Shown here one piece after another: positions 18,595 through 27,683 of a stretch of 64,000 nucleotides of DNA (its first letter is position 1; each line of letters starts with the position of its first letter). The notes below the pieces were generated by a model. That model did not search any database and was not told the origin of the DNA. It worked only from the letters and a program-made list of their open reading frames with translations. Made by a program: the position numbers and the translations under genes. Source of the DNA: a virus. Taxonomy: Duplodnaviria; Heunggongvirae; Uroviricota; Caudoviricetes. The stretch lies in IMG/VR virus record IMGVR_UViG_3300032280_000361. One strand, given 5' to 3'.

Positions 18595-19985
18595 ACTTTT
18601 CCTTTTCTACATTTTTTATATAATTCGTCAAACTCAGGAAATACTTCCAAAAAGTTTGTTCCTCTTCTCATATCATGATGTCTTACAAAGATAAAGAAAT
18701 CTTTTCGATTTTTCAAGAAAGTTGAGTCATCATCGTGGTTTTTCATCCATTCCGCAATTCTCTTAACTTTTGTAATTTCAATATCGGTAAATCCATAACC
18801 ATCTCCACCCACTCTTACTTGCTCATAGAAATCCATAAGTTGAGCCTGTGAGTTTACTTCATCAATCCACTCCTTATCTAATATCTTAACACTCTGATGC
18901 GGAGGCCATCTTAAGTATGAACTATCTAATATAACCGAACTACCATAATATCTTTCTGCGCTATGATACTTCTTTTTTAATTCATATACATCTTTAATCA
19001 ATCCTTTATACGAAGGTACTGATAAAGCGTTATATGTACTCATTATAATAATAGTAAGTTTAGGATTCTCCGTTAATAAAATGTTTATTCTTTCAATAAA
19101 TAAATCATAGTTAAATCCATGTCTTATATAATTTGCCTGCTCGCCATATGCATCGCAAGATGTAAATAGAATAAATTCATTAACTCTTTCCTCATTCATT
19201 AATTTAGTAATCTTCTCTCTGAACTCATTGAATATCTTTTCAGGAGCATTTAAGTTAGTATTAATGGAAAGGTTTAGTTTTCTATTTGGATTAGGTTCAC
19301 TATTAATGAAATCTAATACATCAAATGTATCCTTTGCTAATAATGGCTCTCCACCTGTAATTCTGAATGTGTGTAAATCCTTATACAAATCCGGCCACCA
19401 TTTCCAAAACGCATCAACGTATGGATTCTTTTTATTATGTGGAATCGGCATTTGGTCGGTACTCTTCAAATAATCTAAGTTGTTAAAATTAGTTGAAGTA
19501 GGATATGAACCATGTTGTTGAATTTCGTCCATCCATTGAGATGAAAATGCAGGTCCACAATATGAACATTTAAAGTTACATACATTTGAGAACGATACTT
19601 CTACATACTTTGGGTTAATATCTTTTTCACCTTTTGTTTTCAATACCTCATCGAAATACTGCATTGACCAGGGTTCTGTAGATTTATATACTCTATCCGA
19701 AAACTCATTTGAATTATCTTCTATATTCCAACAATAATCACACTCTTTAGGTCGTAACCCTTCCATCATTTCTCTTCTTCTATTCTTCTTATAGTTTGTA
19801 TTATGAAGAGCAGATGGATTCTGTGCAACTTCTAATTCAGAAATCTTATGAGTCACCGGATGATGACACGAATGGTTGTGACCCGTTTGGAGTTGAAGTG
19901 TAACCTGCGTCCACTTAGCTAAACAAAATCCTTTTCCAACTTTGTCTAACTTCTCTTTTGTTTTTTCGAAATGTTCGTTTAGCAT
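18591..19985 (-). CDS. Radical SAM protein with N-terminal twitch/SPASM-like domain; paralog 1
   Basis: CNFKCSYC, ITGGEP, FCLAKW..SCHHP..CDYCW. Confidence 0.9.
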   Translation of the reverse strand: MLNEHFEKTKEKLDKVGKGFCLAKWTQVTLQLQTGHNHSCHHPVTHKISELEVAQNPSALHNTNYKKNRRREMMEGLRPKECDYCWNIEDNSNEFSDRVYKSTEPWSMQYFDEVLKTKGEKDINPKYVEVSFSNVCNFKCSYCGPAFSSQWMDEIQQHGSYPTSTNFNNLDYLKSTDQMPIPHNKKNPYVDAFWKWWPDLYKDLHTFRITGGEPLLAKDTFDVLDFINSEPNPNRKLNLSINTNLNAPEKIFNEFREKITKLMNEERVNEFILFTSCDAYGEQANYIRHGFNYDLFIERINILLTENPKLTIIIMSTYNALSVPSYKGLIKDVYELKKKYHSAERYYGSSVILDSSYLRWPPHQSVKILDKEWIDEVNSQAQLMDFYEQVRVGGDGYGFTDIEITKVKRIAEWMKNHDDDSTFLKNRKDFFIFVRHHDMRRGTNFLEVFPEFDELYKKCRKGKV

Positions 19986-21421
19986 TTACAATTTATTAAT
20001 ACTGAATTATTACCAATGTCTTCTATATCCAATAGTTCGTATTTCAAACTACTCATCCCATCATTCTGCCAATTATATTTTCCTTGCTGCATCTCTAACA
20101 CATATCTCTTCTCATTTCTTGCAGTTGTAGCCCCCTTCTTCCATTTACCATTTACTAATCCTTCCGTTTCATGTGGTAAACATTCAAACTTACCATTTCT
20201 TCTATGAGGTATAACCGTTGATGGTATTTCCATTTTCTCTTTGGTAAAAGTAACATTATGTAGTTTACCATTGTTACCATTTCCCGTTTTATCTTCAACC
20301 ATCTCATCGATGAAAGAATCAAAATCATAATGAAGTTGTAAACCATCTTCTTCTAAATGAAATGGAATATCTGCTACCTCACCATCTGTCATACATCTAT
20401 CATACATTCTAACCTCTGCTATTTCTCCTTTAAAGAACTTATTAGGTAATGTACCATTAATAGAAGGTGATGTTCCCATATAAAATCCTTCCGTTCCATA
20501 TCTCTTTAAATCACCACTATATTCCATTGGAGAGGTTACACCTGTTCCGAATCTAGCATCGGTTTCTCTTCCGTTCAAATAGAAGTGAATCTTTTTATTA
20601 TAAGCATCCACTTTCAAAGTTACCCATGTCCATAAATTCTCATACCTCTTCATCCACATATATTGCATCTCCTTCTCACTATTCCATAACATCGAAGTAA
20701 AAGCTCTACTATTGTTATATGATAATCCCCAATCATATCCAGGTCTTCTTAAGATAGGATATTCCCAAAATCTTCTATTCTCATCTCCAATTAGGTAGAT
20801 AGGAATCTTTTCTTCCTGTTGATGTGCCTTTACCAATACTGAAATAGTATGAGAACGATTACACATAAATCTGATAGAACGAGATTGCGGTGTTTCTATA
20901 TAGGATTTAATTCCATCAAAATTAGCTACACTAAATTCATTCGTTGGTTTGATATATGTTTGGTCAGCCATTCCATTTAATGCACATCTCCAAAACAAAT
21001 CATCATCTTCCATACCCCAATCCCAATAATCATTTGAGTAGCCATTTGTTTTATAAACTTGCTCTTTCGTAAACAATACAGCACCCCCAAAATACTCCTC
21101 ATATTTGAGGTTATAATTTGTTTGAGATATTCTTACAGCCAAATGTTTTGGGTTCTCAGGATTGTAACTATAATCACACGAATCATCTTCTGGTATCATA
21201 TCAATATCATGCCATACGATATAATCACATCCATCCTTAAATGCAACATCCGCTGCAATGTTTTTCATCTTACCTCTATTAAAAAGTAAGTTATCACATT
21301 GATGTGCAAAATATATCTTATGCTCAATACCTCTCTCTTCCAAAAATTTATGAACTCTCGGTGAGAACTGAGCTAAATGTTCTTCTCTGTTTCTATATGG
21401 TACACATACTCCTAACTTCAT
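19979..21421 (-). CDS. GT7 (beta-1,4-galactosyltransferase-family) glycosyltransferase with inserted LamG domain; paralog A
   Basis: VPYRNR, FNRG, HDIDM (DxD), YFGG, WDWGMEDDDL; LamG about aa 163-392; GT7 C-terminus GKFECLPH..NDGMSSLKY. Confidence 0.85.
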   Translation of the reverse strand: MKLGVCVPYRNREEHLAQFSPRVHKFLEERGIEHKIYFAHQCDNLLFNRGKMKNIAADVAFKDGCDYIVWHDIDMIPEDDSCDYSYNPENPKHLAVRISQTNYNLKYEEYFGGAVLFTKEQVYKTNGYSNDYWDWGMEDDDLFWRCALNGMADQTYIKPTNEFSVANFDGIKSYIETPQSRSIRFMCNRSHTISVLVKAHQQEEKIPIYLIGDENRRFWEYPILRRPGYDWGLSYNNSRAFTSMLWNSEKEMQYMWMKRYENLWTWVTLKVDAYNKKIHFYLNGRETDARFGTGVTSPMEYSGDLKRYGTEGFYMGTSPSINGTLPNKFFKGEIAEVRMYDRCMTDGEVADIPFHLEEDGLQLHYDFDSFIDEMVEDKTGNGNNGKLHNVTFTKEKMEIPSTVIPHRRNGKFECLPHETEGLVNGKWKKGATTARNEKRYVLEMQQGKYNWQNDGMSSLKYELLDIEDIGNNSVLINCKC

Positions 21422-22854
21422 AACTCTACTGAAATCATTTTAGCTTTATCAGATATTTCTTTTTCTTGTACCTTTTTATATCTTAATGTATTCAATCCTT
21501 CAATCGAATAGAATAACACATCATCTTTAATTGAATTGAATCTTAATTGATTCTTTCTTGTCTCTTCCCAAACCCATCTGTTTCCCTCTACACTATTGGA
21601 TGAATGTTTAAGTGTTTTGAATTTACAATCCTTTTTAGTTGGAATAGTAACCTCTACCATAAACTTACTATTCATCAAAGTGTTAGCCTGGCAATTAATA
21701 ATCTCTGCATCAAAGTTGTTACCCGATATATCAATCAATTTATCTTTTCTATAGTGTCTGAAATCATAATATGTTTTCAAACTCTTAGATGATTTATACT
21801 TACCAAAATTATTCAATAGAGATTTCTTAGCTGAATCTTTATATATCTGATTGATTTCAGGCAATGTTATTGCTTTATCAAATACTGCAAACTCAGATAT
21901 CAATCCTTTGAAATAATAATTCTCATAATTCTTAGATGGGTTAGCAACTCCTAAATAAAAATCCGTTACATTGTAATCATATAAATCTTCTACAAATTCT
22001 TCTCCCACTAATTTACCATTAATATATAACTCAATACTCTTACTACGATAGTTTCTTTTGATAACTGCATGCACCCACATCTCTGGAGTAATATCGGATG
22101 TTATACTTCTACTCTTCTCTTCCTTATCCCATATATCCAATTTGTATCTATTGAAACTATTGTACGATAATGAGAAGTTAAATCCAGGTATTGAGAAGAT
22201 AGTAAATTCATCATATTCTCTATTTGAGTTATTAACTAAATCATCAGCTTTAAACTTAATAGAGATACTGAAATCATCATTCAATATTTTTTTGAATTGA
22301 GGAAATGGTATGCTAACAAATGAATCAATTCCATTAAAATAAAAATAATTCAATACAAAGTTTTCATCCTCTATACCAAATACTTTTTTATCTAATGTTA
22401 AATTACAACTTTCACATCTCTTTAGGAGGTCATCATCCTCAAATCCCCATCCCCAATATTCGTTAGAGTAACCATTGATAATTTTAAAATCTAACTTACT
22501 CAATATAGTAACACCTCCGAAGTAATTGTAAAAACTTTCTTCTCCGTTAAGTGTATTAGCTAAGTGAGTTGGTACATCACAATACGAATAATCCGCATCA
22601 ATCGGTAACATATCCACATCATGAAAACAATAATAATCAAAATCAGGTCCGCTTTCTTTGTAACCAACATTTAATAGCTTACCTCTATTAAAAGGTTTAT
22701 CATCTTTTTGTTCAATGACAAAAACCTTGTAATCAACTTTAGTTCCTAAATATTCTTCGATATATGGAATAAAGATGTTAAGGTGAGATTCCCTATTTCT
22801 ATAAGGAACTATTATTGCTAATTTCTTAGCTGATGTTTTACTGCGGTCTTTCAT
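21418..22854 (-). CDS. GT7 glycosyltransferase with inserted LamG domain; paralog B
   Basis: VPYRNR, FNRG, HDVDM, YFGG, WGWGFEDDDL; LamG core FKGLISEFAVFD; C-terminal EGLNTLRY. Confidence 0.85.
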   Translation of the reverse strand: MKDRSKTSAKKLAIIVPYRNRESHLNIFIPYIEEYLGTKVDYKVFVIEQKDDKPFNRGKLLNVGYKESGPDFDYYCFHDVDMLPIDADYSYCDVPTHLANTLNGEESFYNYFGGVTILSKLDFKIINGYSNEYWGWGFEDDDLLKRCESCNLTLDKKVFGIEDENFVLNYFYFNGIDSFVSIPFPQFKKILNDDFSISIKFKADDLVNNSNREYDEFTIFSIPGFNFSLSYNSFNRYKLDIWDKEEKSRSITSDITPEMWVHAVIKRNYRSKSIELYINGKLVGEEFVEDLYDYNVTDFYLGVANPSKNYENYYFKGLISEFAVFDKAITLPEINQIYKDSAKKSLLNNFGKYKSSKSLKTYYDFRHYRKDKLIDISGNNFDAEIINCQANTLMNSKFMVEVTIPTKKDCKFKTLKHSSNSVEGNRWVWEETRKNQLRFNSIKDDVLFYSIEGLNTLRYKKVQEKEISDKAKMISVEL

Positions 22855-23071
22855 CGTTAGGTCTTTCTGAATCTCTCATTGGTCGAGATACACTTCCTAA
22901 GTTTTTAGCTTTTAAAATTGTGTGGAATTCATGTAAGTACCATTCAACTCTTGTTCCCCAAGCTGATTTATCGATTTCAAACATCCAATCGTTTAAATCT
23001 CTGAAAGATGAAGCAATATCTTCTAATGCTCTTACCTTTCTTTCTTCTAAGTTTTTTTCGTCTACTGCCAT
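22838..23071 (-). CDS. Small Trp-rich hypothetical protein; tandem paralog 1
   Basis: About half of a 58-aa core is identical to 23086-23319, which supports real coding. Confidence 0.8.
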   Translation of the reverse strand: MAVDEKNLEERKVRALEDIASSFRDLNDWMFEIDKSAWGTRVEWYLHEFHTILKAKNLGSVSRPMRDSERPNDERPQ

Positions 23072-23085
23072 AACTTAATGTTTAA

Positions 23086-23319
23086 TTATTGAGGTCTTTC
23101 AGTTCCCTTTTCAGGTCTTCCTGTGTTACCAATAGTTTTCGCTTTTGCAATCATATAGAATTCATTTAAATACCATTCTAATCTTTCCGACCATCCTTTG
23201 GTATCTAATTCATACATCCAATCTTGAATGTTTTCCAATGAACCTGCAATCTTTTCAAAAGCCTTAACTGCTCTCTCTTCGATATTATCGATTTGTTCTG
23301 GTTTTTTAGATGTTGCCAT
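23086..23319 (-). CDS. Small Trp-rich hypothetical protein; tandem paralog 2
   Basis: EER.V.A.E.IA.S..DWM.E.D..W..R.EWYL.EF..KAK..G..RP..ERPQ shared with 22838-23071. Confidence 0.8.
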   Translation of the reverse strand: MATSKKPEQIDNIEERAVKAFEKIAGSLENIQDWMYELDTKGWSERLEWYLNEFYMIAKAKTIGNTGRPEKGTERPQ

Positions 23320-23320
23320 T

Positions 23321-23569
23321 TTATTTATTTTTTAATTTATTTTCTGTTTTGTGTTGGAAAAATGCAGGTGGGAAAGGAGTTGCCTGTCTAGCTGAATAAT
23401 ACTCTCTTAATAATTCTAATGCAGAGAATACTATTGGTTGAACGTATGAGAAGGTTTGAAGTGTTTTATTCTTTTCAAAAACTTCTAATGCTTCTGCTAC
23501 TCTTTCCGCTTTACTAACAAACTCTTCGTTGTTAATAAGTTTTGTTACTATAGAACTATCTTTATCCAT
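23321..23569 (-). CDS. Small hypothetical protein
   Basis: Fills the gap in the co-directional operon with coupled ends; no recognised motif. Confidence 0.65.
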   Translation of the reverse strand: MDKDSSIVTKLINNEEFVSKAERVAEALEVFEKNKTLQTFSYVQPIVFSALELLREYYSARQATPFPPAFFQHKTENKLKNK

Positions 23570-25035
23570 ATTGCTTTTTCATTTATTTGTTCTTCTGATA
23601 AAATCTTATAATTTAGGTAATTCAATCCTACCTCTTTCGTATCCAATCTGTTTGTTAAAACTTCGTTGAAATATATTTGAGAGTTCTGTACAATATCCGG
23701 GTCCCAACTATAGAACTTCTCCGTTATTTGGTCATCACCCTCGTGAATTAATGATTGATACTTTCCTAATATTCTAGATGGTACTGATAATCTGGATGTT
23801 TTTGGTATAGTATCCTTCTTAAGATACTCCGAATAGTTTCCGAATTCAGGTCCATATATTTTAACGTGATTAAGAGTTAATGAATCATCTAAAATAAAAT
23901 CTCTATATGTTTTATCAAATTTAATATTCAATACAGGCTCTAAATCCGTATTCTTTTTCTCATCATTATATCCTTCTAAATAAAGATTATCAATTTCTCT
24001 TTGTTCTAATACATAATCAAATAACAATACATTAGCCATTTTACCATTGTATCTAGCAGTATTCAAACTACTACATCCTAAGAATAGATGTTCGTTTGTA
24101 TAATCATATATAGGTGTTACAATGTAAGGTTGTTGGTCTCCAGTGTAACTTATCTTAACTGAGTTTAAGTACATCTCAATTAATTCTTTATTATAATCAA
24201 CAACAAACACTATATGATTCCAAACATCTGGTTCATACTTCTTATATGCAAAACAATACTGCTTATCATTATCATAAACATTCACTCTTATTGTTCCATC
24301 TTTCTGTAATGATATACCGGTATTAAATCCTTTCCACGCAATTAAGTATTCCTCTTCTTCTACCATATCAGAATTGAACCATAATGCAGCAGTAAAACTA
24401 TCTCTCGTAATATCTCTTAATTGAGAATTAGGAAATATCTTTAGGTACAAATCGTTACCACTAAAGTCCGCGTAGTTTACTTGCTCAATATATTTCTTAT
24501 CTGTTATCTTAATTTTTTCAAATTCATAATACGAATCTATGCGAGGAAAAACCGTCTCTTCATCTAATTCAATTTCGTTTATTCTACATCTGTGGAGTAA
24601 ATCTAAATCAGCGAATCCCCAACCCCAATACTCATTTGAAAATCCATTTATCTTTTCGAAATCTTCTTTACTAAACATAACTACCCCACCCATATATTCT
24701 AAGTAAGGTAACTTAAATTTATGAGCAGATACTCTAGTTGCCATATGAACGGGATATCCACCAATGTGAATGTAATTGTAATCACAATCATCACTTACAG
24801 GTAACATATCAATGTCGTGGAAACAGAAATAATCAAATTTATCTTTCAATAAAGAGAATCCTATATTACAGATTTTACCATAGTTAAATGGTTTATCATC
24901 GGTTTGCTCAACAATAATAATTTCATACTCTACATCTTTGTTCTTAAAGAACTCAATCATGTGAGGTACGAAAGTATCCAACTGCTCTCGCCTATCCCTA
25001 TAGGGTACTATTATCGCTATCTTTTTTCCGTACAT
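23548..25035 (-). CDS. GT7 glycosyltransferase with inserted LamG domain; paralog C
   Basis: VPYRDR, FNYG, HDIDM, YMGG, WGWGFADLDL; LamG core YNGKMANVLLFD; C-terminal GKYQSLIH..GLNYLNY. Confidence 0.82.
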   Translation of the reverse strand: MYGKKIAIIVPYRDRREQLDTFVPHMIEFFKNKDVEYEIIIVEQTDDKPFNYGKICNIGFSLLKDKFDYFCFHDIDMLPVSDDCDYNYIHIGGYPVHMATRVSAHKFKLPYLEYMGGVVMFSKEDFEKINGFSNEYWGWGFADLDLLHRCRINEIELDEETVFPRIDSYYEFEKIKITDKKYIEQVNYADFSGNDLYLKIFPNSQLRDITRDSFTAALWFNSDMVEEEEYLIAWKGFNTGISLQKDGTIRVNVYDNDKQYCFAYKKYEPDVWNHIVFVVDYNKELIEMYLNSVKISYTGDQQPYIVTPIYDYTNEHLFLGCSSLNTARYNGKMANVLLFDYVLEQREIDNLYLEGYNDEKKNTDLEPVLNIKFDKTYRDFILDDSLTLNHVKIYGPEFGNYSEYLKKDTIPKTSRLSVPSRILGKYQSLIHEGDDQITEKFYSWDPDIVQNSQIYFNEVLTNRLDTKEVGLNYLNYKILSEEQINEKAIWIKIVL

Positions 25036-25037
25036 TA

Positions 25038-25892
25038 TTATATTGAAACTATGTGTTTAGATAGTTTATTCCAATTACTGAAAGATACGAAGGATTTTTC
25101 AGATTTCCAAGTGAATTCTTTGTATTTTTCCAAATCTATACAATACCCATACTCCTCTATACCATTCAACATTATCTGATATTCTCTTGAGTAAGAATAA
25201 TCTTGTCCAATTTTAGCTACTTCTTTTAATCTATCTACTACACTTTTATCCCATTTGAAATGGTGAACTTGTACAAATCCCTTATTAATTGGATATCTCA
25301 ATGGGTGATTCCAACCTTGCCATCTCCAAGTTGATTGCCCTTCTATTTGAGCATAATGTTGACCGGATGTTACTTCAATTCTACCTTTACATAGTGTAAC
25401 TTTATTTGGGCAAGCTCCACTCATTGGATATCTAAAAAATGAACTGATAGGAAATACTTCCCATAAATCCGTATTCTCATCTACGAAAGGAAAACTACCA
25501 TCTTCACCAATCTTATCTATAAATCCACCGGTTACAAATTCCCACCCATTATCTTCACACTCTTCTATTATAGAATTTACATCATCCCAATACAAATGTA
25601 ATTCATCATCATCCGCTACAATCCACCAATCATTAGGATATAAGTTTTTAATTTCATTATAGAAATGTGTTACTGAAATCCAATTGAATGCATCCGATTC
25701 TCTTTCGTGCACAATACAACCAAACTCTTCTGCAATTTCGTTAACTCTATCAAATGATTCTTTATTGTTTACATCAAGAGTTCTATAATTAACCAAATGA
25801 ATTTCACTCACCATATCCTTATAATGAGATAGCATCTGTCGTAGAGTATTTGTTCTATGACCAGTAACGGTTATTAATCGAGGTTTTTTCAT
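25038..25892 (-). CDS. GT-A fold glycosyltransferase (GT2-like)
   Basis: WWIVADDDELH (DxD), PNKV..GQH, VHHFKW. Confidence 0.65.
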   Translation of the reverse strand: MKKPRLITVTGHRTNTLRQMLSHYKDMVSEIHLVNYRTLDVNNKESFDRVNEIAEEFGCIVHERESDAFNWISVTHFYNEIKNLYPNDWWIVADDDELHLYWDDVNSIIEECEDNGWEFVTGGFIDKIGEDGSFPFVDENTDLWEVFPISSFFRYPMSGACPNKVTLCKGRIEVTSGQHYAQIEGQSTWRWQGWNHPLRYPINKGFVQVHHFKWDKSVVDRLKEVAKIGQDYSYSREYQIMLNGIEEYGYCIDLEKYKEFTWKSEKSFVSFSNWNKLSKHIVSI

Positions 25893-26647
25893 TTTCTTCT
25901 TATGAGTGTTAATCCAGTAGATGATGGTTTATTTTTTACAATACCAAAGTTGAATAGATTGAATATTTCCCAATCTTTATTATCTTCCAATTCTTTTACA
26001 AATTGAATAGGGCCACTCCAATCATCGTGGTCACCTCTATCTTTTATTTCTTTTGTTACAATATAGCTATCAGCATATTTTGAATCAGTATCATGTATTG
26101 AGATGATACCATTTTCTGATAATATTTGTGAGTATAATTCAAAATCTTGTTTAACATTTTCATAACTATGTCCTGCATCTATGTGTAAGTAATCAATTTT
26201 AATATCGTTTAATACAAAATAATTGTGAAATGCCTCTTCTGTAGTTGTACTAATAATTCTAGGATGAAATGTTCTTCTATAAAATGATTCTTCTGCAAAC
26301 CAATCTACATTACCACCGATACCATTCATTGCATCAACTACATAAGTTGTTCCAATATCTCCCCAATTGTAATCAGCATTTCCTTCAAAGATTCCTTGCG
26401 TGTGTAAATCGTATCTAGATTGTGTCATTAGACGAGGAATGAATCCACCCCCACTTCCTAAACATACACATACTTTGGCTCTCATATATTGTATAATAGA
26501 ATATATGATTAAACCATCGCCTAAGTGTACATCGGTTGCTCCGTGAGACCATCTATAAGGAACAGGATGCTCCTCTTCTTCACCTCTAAAATCAAACTCT
26601 AAATTGTTTGTGAGGTACTTCTTTATGTAGTTTAAATCTTGTAACAT
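25889..26647 (-). CDS. Class I SAM-dependent methyltransferase (Methyltransf_24-like)
   Basis: VCLGSGGGF motif I; IDYLHIDAGHSYENV..GIISIHD. Confidence 0.85.
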   Translation of the reverse strand: MLQDLNYIKKYLTNNLEFDFRGEEEEHPVPYRWSHGATDVHLGDGLIIYSIIQYMRAKVCVCLGSGGGFIPRLMTQSRYDLHTQGIFEGNADYNWGDIGTTYVVDAMNGIGGNVDWFAEESFYRRTFHPRIISTTTEEAFHNYFVLNDIKIDYLHIDAGHSYENVKQDFELYSQILSENGIISIHDTDSKYADSYIVTKEIKDRGDHDDWSGPIQFVKELEDNKDWEIFNLFNFGIVKNKPSSTGLTLIRRK

Positions 26648-26676
26648 CTATTGAATATAACTATTATAATATACTA

Positions 26677-26707
26677 CAAAGATACTAAAAATTTAGCACT
26701 TTTCCAA
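26677..26707 (-). promoter_or_regulatory. Bacteroidota-type housekeeping promoter heading the glycan island
   Basis: Minus strand TTG (26707-26705), 20 nt, TATCTTTG (26684-26677); 29 nt before the methyltransferase ATG. Confidence 0.65.
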
Positions 26708-27677
26708 CTTTATTTTTCCAATTTTCTAAGGATGCAAACCCCTCCATATACTCTCTTAACTTATTGAATTCCAATACTTTAGAGTCATATGTTTCGGTTA
26801 CAATTTCCTTCACAATTTCATCAAAATCTTCCTTAGTTTCTACTCTATATTTGTAATCACATTCTATTCCCCAATCTTTATGAAGGATAGGAAGTTTACC
26901 ATAGTTTACCGCATCAAATACTGAATACCCAAATGGTTCGTTTTTATAAGCCGAATGAAATGTTTGCCAACTCTTATCTATGAACCATTGACGGTGAATA
27001 CTCATATCAAACTCATAAAACTTACATCTCTTAAAATCGTATTGCTCCGATATATTATAATAATCATATTTGTGAGTGAGAACTTTTGCACTATGCCCAC
27101 TTAACCAATGTGGATTCTTTCTACTTTCAAATCGTGCGGCGTATCCAATAGTTTCCGTATCTACATCAACCAATTCTCTATTCTCCGTAAATTTATAATA
27201 GTTTGGTATAGTAATACAATCCCATTCATCTAAAAGTGAAGAATGATTTAATCCTATCCAAATTCTATTCTTACACTTTCTTAATAGAAGATTTTGCCAA
27301 CCCAAATCAATCTTTGTTGGATATAATTTAAAATCAGTTCCAGCTTCTGTTATATCTTTTGCGTATGCCTGAATGAATACCGAATCCCATTTATCTTGAT
27401 ATTCCATAAGATACTCTCTATGTGAATACGGTGGATGTAGAAAGATTATTCTATCACATTTATCCAATGTATCCTCCACTAACTTAGGGTTCTCTAAACG
27501 GAAGATATGGGGTATAGAAATGGATGATTGAATATGCTTAGCAGGTCTCTTATTATCGATTATCAAACATACTTCTTCTTCGATGGTAGGAATGATATGT
27601 TGAATAAAATTATTTACCCATATATCCCCGCCACCGATAATTTGATTACCCGCAGATGTCGTAACAAATACTATCAT
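26685..27677 (-). CDS. GT-B glycosyltransferase (GT4-like)
   Basis: GGGDIWV N-terminal loop, YAARFESRKNP, EPFGYSVFDA..GKLPI. Confidence 0.75.
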   Translation of the reverse strand: MIVFVTTSAGNQIIGGGDIWVNNFIQHIIPTIEEEVCLIIDNKRPAKHIQSSISIPHIFRLENPKLVEDTLDKCDRIIFLHPPYSHREYLMEYQDKWDSVFIQAYAKDITEAGTDFKLYPTKIDLGWQNLLLRKCKNRIWIGLNHSSLLDEWDCITIPNYYKFTENRELVDVDTETIGYAARFESRKNPHWLSGHSAKVLTHKYDYYNISEQYDFKRCKFYEFDMSIHRQWFIDKSWQTFHSAYKNEPFGYSVFDAVNYGKLPILHKDWGIECDYKYRVETKEDFDEIVKEIVTETYDSKVLEFNKLREYMEGFASLENWKNKVGKVLNF

Positions 27678-27683
27678 AACTTT

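Noticed and set aside
5033-27677. Serotype-conversion (Gtr) or LPS/capsule export locus, or a bacterial chromosome island
   Set aside because: No membrane GT, flippase, polymerase or ligase is evident; the block is continuous in strand, composition and gene coupling with phage structural genes.
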